64,000 nucleotides of DNA from Verrucomicrobiota bacterium (GTDB lineage: Bacteria; Verrucomicrobiota; Verrucomicrobiia; Limisphaerales; SXTU01). Where the stretch lies: assembly GCA_016871445.1 (NCBI GenBank), contig VHDH01000006.1:6913-70912 (forward strand). Reading direction: 5' to 3'. A program made the translations under genes and the position numbers. The notes under the pieces were generated by a model. It did not search any database, was not told where the DNA came from, and saw only the letters and a program-made list of their open reading frames with translations. Positions 16,309 through 25,022 of this stretch are shown one piece after another; position 1 is the first letter of the stretch; each line of letters opens with the position of its first letter.

Positions 16309-17674
16309 GCTTAGCCACGTCGCGAAAGCTCACGTCCACTTCATAAATCTGCTTAAACTGATTCATGGCCTCCTCGGGATTGCCCGTCTTTTCCAGTACG
16401 CATCCGAGCGTGTAATGCAGTTCTTTGCGCTCCTCGTCGAAGACGGTCTTCTCCTTGAGCGCGGTATGGAGCTTGCGCGCGGCCATGTCATTCATGTTGC
16501 GCGCAGCGAAACAACGGGCGCTGTAAAGCATGGCCTGCAGGCGCTTGTGTGGGTTATTTTCGGCTTTCTGAAACTCCGGAATTGCCTCGCCGATGCGGCC
16601 CTGGTTGAATAAAAGCACGCCCAAGTCGAAGCGAATGGCTAGATCGGTGGGATACCGGTCTACGCGCGCCTTGCAATCATCAAGAAGGAACTGATCACGT
16701 TGCGCGGCGAGCGAGACCTTACGCTGCTCGTAATCCTCCTGCGCCGGGTCGAGCTGCTCTATGACTTGATTGAAGCGCCGCACGACCATGTCGTTACGCG
16801 CCTGTTCGAGTGCCGCGTCCATCGCCCCGGGAATTTCCTCAATCTTGTGATAAAACTCGATGGCTCGATAATAATTTTTCTGCTGCGCATAGAGCTCCGC
16901 GATGTTGCGCAAGAGCTTAATATTGCCCGGCTCGGCTTCCACCCGGGCGAGGTATTGCTCGATTAGGTTCTGCGACTGCGCGACGTCCTTGGTAATGCGG
17001 GATTCCTGTTCGAGTTGGGCGGCTTCCTCCTTGTTGCGCAGCGCTTGCCGGAAGCTGCCCGTGCCGTCGGCGAGTTTCTCGTAGCCGCCCTCGCTCAACG
17101 TGCGGTTGGCCGCGATGTTTTTAGCCTTCTCGTTGAGCAACGGATCCTGCGGATGATGCTTTAACAATGCACCGAGGACCGCCTCAGCTTTCTGAATTTG
17201 GCCGATGTCGAGGTACGCGTCAGCCAACCGTAGAGAAACGTCCTTGTCGGCGGGACTCTCCTGCCGCAAGGCCTCGAGGGACAGGATCGCGCTGAAATGC
17301 AACCCTGCGGCGACGGCCGCCTTGGCAAAAATGTCGTGTGCCAATCCGTTGCGTGGATCGCTGGCTAGCACCTGCTCCGCTGTGAACATCGCTTCTGTGG
17401 GCTGACTCTCAGTGATGAGCCGCGCCTTCGCCAGCGCGGGACCACTGCTAGCGCCGGCGACAAGTTTTTTGAAAAGCCCCGCGCTTTGGCCGGCCTTCTT
17501 GCCCGCTGCCCGCCTCAACGCGGTCCGGGCCGCAATGAACCCAGGCTCAGCCTTGACCACGGCCTGCAGCAACTCGATAGCGTAGTCCAAGTTGCTTCGT
17601 TCTAGCGCAGCGACGCCCTTCTCGTATTGCTCACGAACGCCGGATGAAACTTGATTCGCTTTTTTCTCAGACAC
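16277..17674 (-). CDS. Tetratricopeptide (TPR) repeat protein
   Basis: 465 aa, helical. Recurrent TPR-like A/Y/L patterns, e.g. LADAYLDIGQIQKAEAVLGALLKHHPQDP, IAELYAQQKNYYRAIEFYHKI and LGVLLFNQGRIGEAIPEFQKA. It is the first gene of a long minus-strand co-directional run. Confidence 0.8.
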   Translation of the reverse strand: MSEKKANQVSSGVREQYEKGVAALERSNLDYAIELLQAVVKAEPGFIAARTALRRAAGKKAGQSAGLFKKLVAGASSGPALAKARLITESQPTEAMFTAEQVLASDPRNGLAHDIFAKAAVAAGLHFSAILSLEALRQESPADKDVSLRLADAYLDIGQIQKAEAVLGALLKHHPQDPLLNEKAKNIAANRTLSEGGYEKLADGTGSFRQALRNKEEAAQLEQESRITKDVAQSQNLIEQYLARVEAEPGNIKLLRNIAELYAQQKNYYRAIEFYHKIEEIPGAMDAALEQARNDMVVRRFNQVIEQLDPAQEDYEQRKVSLAAQRDQFLLDDCKARVDRYPTDLAIRFDLGVLLFNQGRIGEAIPEFQKAENNPHKRLQAMLYSARCFAARNMNDMAARKLHTALKEKTVFDEERKELHYTLGCVLEKTGNPEEAMNQFKQIYEVDVSFRDVAKRVDDFYAGQG

Positions 17675-17766
17675 CGAGCTAAACTAGTAATGGCTGAGTG
17701 AAAAATCTATTTCAAATTATTGCCGTGTGCAGGCTGCGTCGCGTTACAGCTACGGGAGAAAACTTT

Positions 17767-17795
17767 TTGACAAAGGCCGGGCCCGTTCCTACCGT
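17767..17795 (+). promoter_or_regulatory. Candidate sigma-70 promoter for tRNA-Ala (TTGACA-N17-TACCGT)
   Basis: TTGACA at 17767-17772, a 17-nt spacer, then TACCGT at 17790-17795. It lies ~20 nt upstream of the tRNA 5' end. Pattern match only. Confidence 0.35.
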
Positions 17796-17815
17796 CCGCG
17801 CCGCACTGACTGGTT

Positions 17816-17891
17816 GGGGTCGTAGCTCAGTTGGTAGAGCACCACAATGGCATTGTGGGGGTCAGGAGTTCGAATCTCCTCGGCTCCACCA
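17816..17891 (+). tRNA. tRNA-Ala (anticodon GGC), CCA encoded
   Basis: Folded by hand. Acceptor GGGGTCG/CGGCTCC with the G3:U70 alanine identity pair; D arm GCTC-AGTTGGTA-GAGC; anticodon arm CCACA-ATGGCAT-TGTGG (GGC); T arm AGGAG-TTCGAAT-CTCCT; then ACCA. Confidence 0.95.
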
Positions 17892-18212
17892 CCAGTGATT
17901 TAAGGAGTGAGCGGCATACAAGTGTTCTCGTTTTCTGACGAGAGCTTGGGAACATTTTAACGCGCCGAAAAGAGTTTTTACCCATTTCAAATTCCGGTTG
18001 GGAGGAGCAGCTGAATCACGTGTGTGACGTGGCGGGCTAAATCTACATCTTAATTAGCAATGAGGCAGAAGGTATGCGCTATGCCAAAATGACTGAGCTG
18101 ACCTACGACAGCGTAAGTTGGTAATGGTCGACCTGCTGCATATTCTCCCCATTCGCACGGCGCATTGCGCCCACGAGAGGGAAGGCCTACGCTCCACGAA
18201 AAGTCTGTCACC

Positions 18213-21200
18213 ATGCACCACCGCATCGCCTTTCGCTTATCACTGGTCTGGCTAACGTTCCTGCCTCTCACCTTTCTATGCCACGCCGCCGTCAGCCAAG
18301 GCTTCCGCGTGCCGGATGGCTTTGAGGTTTCGCTCTACGCCGGCGACGACCTTGCACATGACATCTTTTCCATGACCACGGACGCGCAAGGGCGTATCGC
18401 CGTTGCCGGCAAGGGGTACGTAAAAATCCTTCACGACACCAACGGTGACGGAAAGGCCGACCGAGCCACCCTTTTCGTGAAGGCCAGCCAGACCGGCGCG
18501 CACGGGATGTATTTCGACGGCAACGACCTCATCATTAACGGCGACGGCGGCATCCGCCGCTGGCGCGACGCCAATGGCGACGGTGTAGCCGAGGGCGAAC
18601 CGGAGTTCTGGCTCCGCACCGAGCGCGACGGCGAGCATTCCGCCAATGGCATCGTAAAAGGCCCGGACGGTTGGTTCTACCTCATCTGTGGCAACGACGC
18701 CGGCATCTCCAACGAACACGCGAAACTCCCTGGTTCGCCCATCAAGCAGGTCAACGCCGGCGCGCTCGTGCGCATTTCCCCCGACGGCAAAACCAGCGAG
18801 GTCCTTGCGCACGGCTTCCGCAACCCCTACGACATTGATTTCCATCCGTACGGCCAAGTCTTCACCTACGACGCCGACGGCGAGCGCGATCACCATCTGC
18901 CGTGGTATGCTGGCACACGCATTTTTGACATCGCCGCCGGCGGCCATCACGGCTGGGTGCTCAAGGGCTGGGGCCACGCTTGGAACCGCCCGCCCGCTTG
19001 GCCCGACAACACCGAGCGTCTCTGGGAAGTCGGTCGCGGCTCGCCCACGGGTGTCTTCGTGTATCGCCACCGCGCGTTCCCGCAGCATTACCGTGACGGT
19101 CTCTTCGCGATCTGCTGGACCTTCGGTCGCATCTACTTTTTCCCCCTCACGCGGCGCGGCAGCACCTTCAACACGCAGATGGAAATTTTCATGGAGACGA
19201 CAGGCGATACCGGCTTCGCACCCGTGGACGCCGTGGTCGGCCCGGACGGCGACCTGTTCATCGCCATTGGCGGACGCGGCACCATCGGCAGTGTCTTTCG
19301 CGTGAAATACACAGGCAAACTGGGAGCAGAAAAACCGTCTCTCGACCCGATGAGGCAAGTGCTTTCTGCCCCGCAACCACTCGCAAGCTGGTCGCGTGCG
19401 AAGTGGGTTCCACTTGCGAAAGAACTCGGTAAACCCGCCTTCGAACAAGCTGCCTTGAACAAGAAACTCCCTTTACTCGAACGTATTCGCGCTGTGGAGT
19501 TGCTGACGGAACTGTTTGCGGGACTGACCCCAGAGCTCGCGCATAAACTCGCTGGGAGTGGCGAACCAGAACTTGTCGCTCGCGTCGCATGGGCGCTTGC
19601 TCTTAGCCCTGACGCAACCCCGGCTGCCAAACTTCTAGTTGACCTCACTCGCCGCGACGACCCGCGCATTGCGCGCGCCGCGTGGGAAGCGCTCATCTCA
19701 TTAGCCCCAAGCTTCAGTCCGACTGAAAAAAACAAAGAAAATGGGCAGCCAACCAAACTGCTTCCCTTTGAGATTATTAAGAACAAGGGACCCTTGCTCG
19801 GTGCTGATGAGATGCCCGACTGGTTTCGCGGTCTAAACTCTGATGACCGTCGCGTGCGCACTGCCACCGTGCTTGCGGCGCGGGCTATCGGCATCGAATT
19901 ATTCTCTACTACTCCCCTGCCCCGCCAACTCACCGAGCGCCAACGCCTCGGCCTCCTGCGCATCTATGGCCCTGAGCGCAGCAATGACCCAAATTGGCAG
20001 TCTTACTACTTTAACAATGCCGCCTTCGTCGCCGCTACCTCGCGCGACCTGGTGACACGGCTAGACGCAATACGCCTACTACAATTAGGCCTTGGCGACG
20101 TGAAGCTGGTGCAAGATAAGCCGGATACCTACGACGGCTTTGTAGCCAGCCAAACTGAGGACATTCCTACACCACTGCGCAATCACGTCGTCGAACGCCT
20201 AGCGCCCACCTTTCCGTCCGGCGACGCCGACCTCGACCACGAACTTGGCCGCCTGCTCGCGATGCTCTCCGCCAACGCGCCGGGCTTGCTCAAACGCGTC
20301 GCGGGGAGAATCACCGAGAGAAGCACCGTGGAAAATGACATTCACTACTTAATGGTCGCGGCACGGCTGCCGTCGGCGCGCGACGCTGAAACCACCGCCC
20401 GCATCGCCGACGCCGTGGCCGGGCTGCAGCACAAGATGATCGCACACAAAAAGGAGCCGAGCCGTTTTTGGCCCGCCCGGGTGGCGGACATGTTTAGTCG
20501 GTTGTTAGAGCATGACGCGGCGCTGGCTGAGGCCATCATTTCCGCACAGAACTTCTCCCTGCCCGACCACGCCCTACTCGCCGAGCGGTTGCCCAGAGCC
20601 ATCCAGCCCGCCGCTGCAAAATCGCTTTTGGCCACCCCACGTTGGAGCCCCGAACTCATCGTTTTCCTCGCCGGGCTGCCGGATGCGGAGCTGTTTCCCG
20701 CGCTGCGCCTGCATTGGTCGCAAGCTAGCCTGCAAGATGCCATCATCCGTGTCCTCGCCCGCAGCCCGCAGCCCGAGGACCGCGATCGCTTCGTCTCTGC
20801 GCTTGGCTCCTTCCAGCCCGCAGTGGTGGAACTCGTCGCGAAGTCGCTGGGCAAACTGTCCGGAGACGCCGCGCCGAAGGAACTTTACGCAGCAGTAGCT
20901 TCACTTCGCCGCCATTGTGCCTCGCCGCGTGAGAGAGCTGCGCGCACGGCTCTCGCGGAGTTGCTCGCCAAGTGGAGCGGCCAGTCCATCGCCGTCACGG
21001 AAACCGGCGACCTTGCTACAGCCTACGCGCCGTGGTTCAACTGGTTCGCGCAGGCGCATCCCGTTGACGCGAAGGAACTGCTCGGCGGCAATGAGGACAC
21101 AACTGCTTTTTTGAAACGGCTTCCTGCCATTGCGTGGGATGAGGGCGATGCCGAGCGTGGCCGTAAACTATATGAGGAACGCATGTGTCACCGCTGTCAT

Positions 21201-21548
21201 TCCACCAGCACGCGCATCGGCCCAGACCTGAAGGGCGTGGCGACCCGGCTTGCGCGCGACGACTTGTTCATCGCCATACTCGACCCAAGCCGTGACATAT
21301 CACCAACGTATCTACCGAAATTGCTCACCACCAAATCCGGTGCGACCTACACCGGCTTCATGGTCTATGACGCGCCGACGGCCAAACTCGTCCAAACCGG
21401 CCCGGACACAACGGTGCGCCTCATCGGCGATGAAGTGACGAGCGTGACAGACACACGCGTGTCGCTGATGCCGTCGGGCTTGCTTAGCGGGTTGAAGGAC
21501 TCCGAGGTCGCGGACTTTTATGCGTTCCTAAAAACGTTGAAGAAGTGA
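18213..21548 (+). CDS. PVC-type heme-binding protein: putative membrane-bound dehydrogenase (beta-propeller) domain + HEAT-like repeats + C-terminal CXXCH cytochrome c domain
   Basis: Signal MHHRIAFRLSLVWLTFLPLTFLCHA, then FRVPDGFEVSLYAGDDL, DTNGDGKAD and ANGDGVAEGE (the dehydrogenase-domain hallmark). A long helical repeat region follows. The C-terminus has GRKLYEERMCHRCHS...SLMPSGLL. The ORF track opens at 18165; I prefer the ATG at 18213. Confidence 0.85.
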   Translation: MHHRIAFRLSLVWLTFLPLTFLCHAAVSQGFRVPDGFEVSLYAGDDLAHDIFSMTTDAQGRIAVAGKGYVKILHDTNGDGKADRATLFVKASQTGAHGMYFDGNDLIINGDGGIRRWRDANGDGVAEGEPEFWLRTERDGEHSANGIVKGPDGWFYLICGNDAGISNEHAKLPGSPIKQVNAGALVRISPDGKTSEVLAHGFRNPYDIDFHPYGQVFTYDADGERDHHLPWYAGTRIFDIAAGGHHGWVLKGWGHAWNRPPAWPDNTERLWEVGRGSPTGVFVYRHRAFPQHYRDGLFAICWTFGRIYFFPLTRRGSTFNTQMEIFMETTGDTGFAPVDAVVGPDGDLFIAIGGRGTIGSVFRVKYTGKLGAEKPSLDPMRQVLSAPQPLASWSRAKWVPLAKELGKPAFEQAALNKKLPLLERIRAVELLTELFAGLTPELAHKLAGSGEPELVARVAWALALSPDATPAAKLLVDLTRRDDPRIARAAWEALISLAPSFSPTEKNKENGQPTKLLPFEIIKNKGPLLGADEMPDWFRGLNSDDRRVRTATVLAARAIGIELFSTTPLPRQLTERQRLGLLRIYGPERSNDPNWQSYYFNNAAFVAATSRDLVTRLDAIRLLQLGLGDVKLVQDKPDTYDGFVASQTEDIPTPLRNHVVERLAPTFPSGDADLDHELGRLLAMLSANAPGLLKRVAGRITERSTVENDIHYLMVAARLPSARDAETTARIADAVAGLQHKMIAHKKEPSRFWPARVADMFSRLLEHDAALAEAIISAQNFSLPDHALLAERLPRAIQPAAAKSLLATPRWSPELIVFLAGLPDAELFPALRLHWSQASLQDAIIRVLARSPQPEDRDRFVSALGSFQPAVVELVAKSLGKLSGDAAPKELYAAVASLRRHCASPRERAARTALAELLAKWSGQSIAVTETGDLATAYAPWFNWFAQAHPVDAKELLGGNEDTTAFLKRLPAIAWDEGDAERGRKLYEERMCHRCHSTSTRIGPDLKGVATRLARDDLFIAILDPSRDISPTYLPKLLTTKSGATYTGFMVYDAPTAKLVQTGPDTTVRLIGDEVTSVTDTRVSLMPSGLLSGLKDSEVADFYAFLKTLKK

Positions 21549-21775
21549 GCCGCCGGCACGCTGTCCGAGACGGGAAAGCACAAATAAATTTGGCGCCAGC
21601 TTATGGCTCCAGTTGCCGCGTTCTGCGAGTGGCTGCTTGATCACCATCATCACCTCCCACTGGGAATGAAGTGAGCGTTCAACCCCGCTTGACAGCAAGT
21701 GTCAGTCCGTGTTTCCAGTTCAATTCCCGATGAAAGCGTTGGCCAAAGCCGACCTACTCTGCAGCAGCAGGCGGG

Positions 21776-21958
21776 TCAGTGATGATGTTCGTCGCTGGGC
21801 GGAAGGCAACCGATCTTGCCGATCGCCGCGACCGTGCCGAGCACCGCGATGGCCAGCGGCCAGAACGATGCCTTGGTGGGATGCACGGTCATATACACGC
21901 CCCAGCCAAGAAACAGCCCGATTGCTAACCATACGAACAGAGCCTTGAAAAAGTTCAT
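21776..21958 (-). CDS. Small two-span membrane protein with a C-terminal DEHHH tail (hypothetical)
   Basis: 60 aa: MNFFKALFVWLAIGLFLGWGVYMTVHPTKASFWPLAIAVLGTVAAIGKIGCLPPSDEHHH. Two clean hydrophobic helices, an ATG start, and no competing larger ORF. No family recognised. Confidence 0.5.
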   Translation of the reverse strand: MNFFKALFVWLAIGLFLGWGVYMTVHPTKASFWPLAIAVLGTVAAIGKIGCLPPSDEHHH

Positions 21959-22081
21959 ATGGGCAGATTAACGACAGGCCGCGGGCTGGCAAGCGCTGGT
22001 TTGCCGAGCGGCTTCTGGGAAAGACATTTTGGGCAGATTGCGTTTGCCGCGCTGTCAGCCCGAAGCTAGAAACTCGCTCCG

Positions 22082-22804
22082 ATGTCTAACGAAATCAAAA
22101 ATATCCAAGGCGAGCGCATTGACCACACCTTCCACCAAGGCGACGCAAGCGCGCGACGCGTTGTCGTGCTCGGGCATGGCGTGACGGGAAACAAAGATCG
22201 CCCGTTCATCGTGGCGCTGGCCGAAGGGTTGGCGGCGGCAGGCATCAACGCGTTGCGCATTTCCTATTCTGGTAATGGTGCGTCCGGCGGCAAATTCACC
22301 GACGCGACCATCACGAAGGAAGTCGCCGACCTCGGCGCCGTGCTCGACGCTTATGCGGGTTGGCACATCGGCTACATCGGCCACAGCATGGGTGGCGCTG
22401 TGGGCGTGCTGCGCGCCAGTCAAGACGAGCGCATTCGCCTGCTCGTTTCGCTAGCGGGCATGGTGCGCACGGCGGACTTCGCGCGGCGCGAGTTCGGCAG
22501 TGTGACGCCAGGAGCGGGCTTCATGTGGGACGACGAGAAATGCCCGCTCTCGCAGGCCTATATGAATGACCTCACTCAAATCGGCACGGTGCTCGACGCT
22601 GCGCCCAAGATCAAAATCCCGTGGCTGCTCGTCCATGGCACAGAAGATGACGTGGTACCCATCCAAGACTCCCGGGACATCCTCATTCGCGCGGGCAACG
22701 ATGTGAAATTCCTCGCGATACAAGGCGCGAATCACGTCTTCGCCGGCGGGCACACCGCACCGATGATTACAACCGTGGTGAACTGGGTGAAAGCGCGGTT
22801 TTAA
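22082..22804 (+). CDS. Alpha/beta hydrolase fold protein
   Basis: 240 aa. VVVLGHGVTGNKDRPF, nucleophile elbow GYIGHSMGGAVG, later LLVHGTEDDVVP and GANHVF (Ser-Asp-His arrangement). Confidence 0.85.
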   Translation: MSNEIKNIQGERIDHTFHQGDASARRVVVLGHGVTGNKDRPFIVALAEGLAAAGINALRISYSGNGASGGKFTDATITKEVADLGAVLDAYAGWHIGYIGHSMGGAVGVLRASQDERIRLLVSLAGMVRTADFARREFGSVTPGAGFMWDDEKCPLSQAYMNDLTQIGTVLDAAPKIKIPWLLVHGTEDDVVPIQDSRDILIRAGNDVKFLAIQGANHVFAGGHTAPMITTVVNWVKARF

Positions 22805-22885
22805 ACCCCCGCCACCGTGCCGTGCATTGGCTGCGTGAAGCAATTGATGGGGCCGTATCTCAGTTCAAAGAATCGGTGAGTGCTT

Positions 22886-23329
22886 ATGACGCCTGCTCAA
22901 CGCCAAGCCATTCTCGCCATCGTCAAGGCCGGCAACAAAATCGAGGCCATCAAATTGTCTCGGGAGGCTGCGGGCATGAGCTTAGCCGAGGCGAAGGATT
23001 TTGTGGAGCAGTTGGAGATGTCGCCGAACGCACCTCAATCGCCAGCGGGCAATTCGGCGGGGGCCTTGGCCCCGATTGCTGACCTACTGTTCAAGAGTGA
23101 AAAGATTTCCGCCATCAAACTCTACCGCGAGCAGGTAAAACCTGGCATCGGACTGGCCGAGGCGAAGCTGGAAATCGAGCGGCTCGAAGCTGGGTTGCGA
23201 GCTCAGCACCCAGAGAAATTCACCGCCCCAGCCCAAAAGTTCACCGCCCCAGCCCAAAAGTATGGGTGCATGGCAACTCTGGCCGTGCTTGCCGCGCTGT
23301 TCGGTGTATTAGTGTGGTTTGTGTTCTGA
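22886..23329 (+). CDS. Tail-anchored protein with two ribosomal L7/L12 C-terminal-domain-like repeats
   Basis: NKIEAIKLSREAAGMSLAEAKDFVEQL and EKISAIKLYREQVKPGIGLAEAKLEIERL both resemble the K-v-x-x-IK-x-x-R-x-x-x-G-l-g-L-x-EAK-x-x-VE block of bL12. C-terminal TM CMATLAVLAALFGVLVWFVF. GTG at 22880 is an alternative start. Confidence 0.6.
   Translation: MTPAQRQAILAIVKAGNKIEAIKLSREAAGMSLAEAKDFVEQLEMSPNAPQSPAGNSAGALAPIADLLFKSEKISAIKLYREQVKPGIGLAEAKLEIERLEAGLRAQHPEKFTAPAQKFTAPAQKYGCMATLAVLAALFGVLVWFVF
23219..23260 (+). repeat. Perfect 21-bp tandem duplication (2 copies) inside the L7/L12-like gene
   Basis: ttcaccgccccagcccaaaag at 23219-23239 is repeated exactly at 23240-23260. It is in frame and encodes FTAPAQK twice. 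Confidence 0.95.
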
Positions 23330-23330
23330 A

Positions 23331-23645
23331 ATGACTCCCACCGAACTTGCCGAGTGCCTCGCCGCACCGAATCCGCCGCACTTGCTGGATGTACGGCAGC
23401 CAGATGAATTTGCTGTTGTGGCGCTGCCTGGCGCGAAGCTGATTCCATTGAACGAGTTACCAGAACGAGTAGGTGAGTTGGCGGGATGGCGCGAGCAGAT
23501 GGTGGTCGTGTATTGCCATCACGGGATGCGCAGCGCGCACGCGATTAGCTGGCTACGGCAGAAGGGGTTCACAAAATTGCACAACTTGTCGGGCGGGATT
23601 GACCGATGGTCGCTGGAAGTGGACGCACATGCACCGCGCTATTGA
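23331..23645 (+). CDS. Single-domain rhodanese-like sulfurtransferase
   Basis: LLDVRQPDEFAVVALPGAKLIPL, active-site loop VVYCHHGMRSAHA, then SGGIDRWS. The ORF track opens at a TTG at 23319; the ATG is at 23331. Confidence 0.85.
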   Translation: MTPTELAECLAAPNPPHLLDVRQPDEFAVVALPGAKLIPLNELPERVGELAGWREQMVVVYCHHGMRSAHAISWLRQKGFTKLHNLSGGIDRWSLEVDAHAPRY

Positions 23646-23723
23646 GTCGGTTGCCACCCGCCCAAAAGAGGCGCAAACGTAGTTTCCGCTTCTTTTCGGG
23701 CGGCGTTGCTTTAAAAAAAGCCC

Positions 23724-24386
23724 ATGAACAAACGAAGGGCGCGGATTCGTCGCGCGACCAACGAGACAAAAATACGTCTCGACCTGAATGTGGATGGCAA
23801 CGGCAAGTCCGCCATTCGCACCGGTGTGCCGTTTCTCGATCACATGCTCACGCTATTCGCGAAGCATGCGGTCGTGGACCTTCAGCTGCGCTGCCATGGT
23901 GACCTCGATGTGGACGCTCATCACACCGTAGAGGATTGTGGGATCGCGCTGGGGCAAGCGTTCGGGCGTGCGCTCGGAGACAAAAGGGGCATCCGCCGCT
24001 ACGGGACAGGTTTCAATCCACGCAATCCTTTCACCGGAGAGGCTTTTGTGCCGATGGATGAGTGTCTGGCCCGCTGCGTGATTGATTTCAGCGGGCGGCC
24101 CTGCCTCGTATGGCGTGGGATGGACGACCTGTCGCTGAAAAAGATTTCCAAGTTGGACCGAACGCAAGACATGTCGAGCGCGTTCCGGTTTGGGCTTGCG
24201 CGGGAGTTTTTTCAAGGCTTCGCAAATGAAGCGCGTTGTAACTTGCACTTGGAACTGCTTTACGGCGGCGAGCCTCATCATGTGGTGGAGGGACTATTCA
24301 AGGCGTTTGCGAAGGCCACGGATTTTGCCTGCCAACGCGACCCACGGATTGCCGGTAAGATTCCTAGCACGAAAGGCAAATTGTAG
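23724..24386 (+). CDS. hisB: Imidazoleglycerol-phosphate dehydratase
   Basis: RATNETKIRLDLNVDGNGKSAIRTGVPFLDHMLTLFAKHAVVDLQLRCHGDLDVDAHHTVEDCGIALGQAF and GEPHHVVEGLFKAFAKA are canonical IGPD motifs. It has a ~25-aa internal insertion relative to typical IGPDs. Confidence 0.9.
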   Translation: MNKRRARIRRATNETKIRLDLNVDGNGKSAIRTGVPFLDHMLTLFAKHAVVDLQLRCHGDLDVDAHHTVEDCGIALGQAFGRALGDKRGIRRYGTGFNPRNPFTGEAFVPMDECLARCVIDFSGRPCLVWRGMDDLSLKKISKLDRTQDMSSAFRFGLAREFFQGFANEARCNLHLELLYGGEPHHVVEGLFKAFAKATDFACQRDPRIAGKIPSTKGKL

Positions 24387-24391
24387 CCGGC

Positions 24392-24994
24392 ATGGCGAAA
24401 GCGATTGACCATAAGACCGCACCCGACGTGAAGCTGGTGGCCGCCTCTCAGGCCGGCAACATGCAGGCATTTGAGGAACTGGTCGCGCGGCACCGGGACA
24501 AGATTTACGCCCGTGCCTTCAGCATGATGCGCAACGAGGAGGAGGCAATTGACCTGTCGCAGGAGGCTTGGGTCAAAGCTTGGCAGCGGCTCAAGCAGTT
24601 CCAAGGTGATTCCAGTTTCGCCACTTGGATGACCCGCATCGTCATCAACCTGTGCTTGGACCAACTACGGCGACAGAAGCGAACGAGAGCGGAGTCCATC
24701 GAGCAACTGGATGAAGAATTGGGCGGAGTGGAACGTCAGATGCCGATAATAGCGACAAATCCGTCGCAAGGATTGGAACGATCCGAACTGCGAAAGCGAA
24801 TAGATAAGGCTATGAACCAGCTTTCTTACGAGCACCGCACCGTGCTGATCCTGCATGAATTTGAAGAGATGGAATACAAGCAGATCGCGAAAGTTATGAA
24901 CTGCTCCATCGGGACAGTGATGTCTCGGCTCTTTTACGCCCGGCGGCGACTGGCGTCGCTGCTACAAAGTTTGAAGAAAGAACAGCAAAGTTAA
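24392..24994 (+). CDS. ECF-type RNA polymerase sigma factor (sigma-24/RpoE-like)
   Basis: FEELVARHRDKIYARAFSMMRNEEEAIDLSQEAWVKAWQRLKQFQGDSSFATWMTRIVINLCLDQLRRQKR and LSYEHRTVLILHEFEEMEYKQIAKVMNCSIGTVMSRLFYARRRL. It starts 5 nt after the hisB stop. Confidence 0.9.
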   Translation: MAKAIDHKTAPDVKLVAASQAGNMQAFEELVARHRDKIYARAFSMMRNEEEAIDLSQEAWVKAWQRLKQFQGDSSFATWMTRIVINLCLDQLRRQKRTRAESIEQLDEELGGVERQMPIIATNPSQGLERSELRKRIDKAMNQLSYEHRTVLILHEFEEMEYKQIAKVMNCSIGTVMSRLFYARRRLASLLQSLKKEQQS

Positions 24995-25022
24995 ATCTAT
25001 TGAAGTGAAGTTGAGGCAGTTT

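Noticed and set aside
17892-18164. AT-richer, ORF-poor 270 nt immediately downstream of tRNA-Ala, considered as a possible genomic-island integration scar
   Set aside because: There is no integrase or recombinase nearby. I could see no direct repeat of the tRNA 3' end downstream. The flanking genes are ordinary PVC-type chromosomal genes. It probably holds only the promoter and leader of the 1111-aa gene.
18276-19448. 390-aa ORF on the minus strand, antisense to the PVC-type heme-binding protein gene
   Set aside because: It lies entirely inside a gene with strong family motifs on the opposite strand. The translation is Ala/Gly/Arg/Val-rich with no motifs, which is typical of a GC-rich shadow frame.
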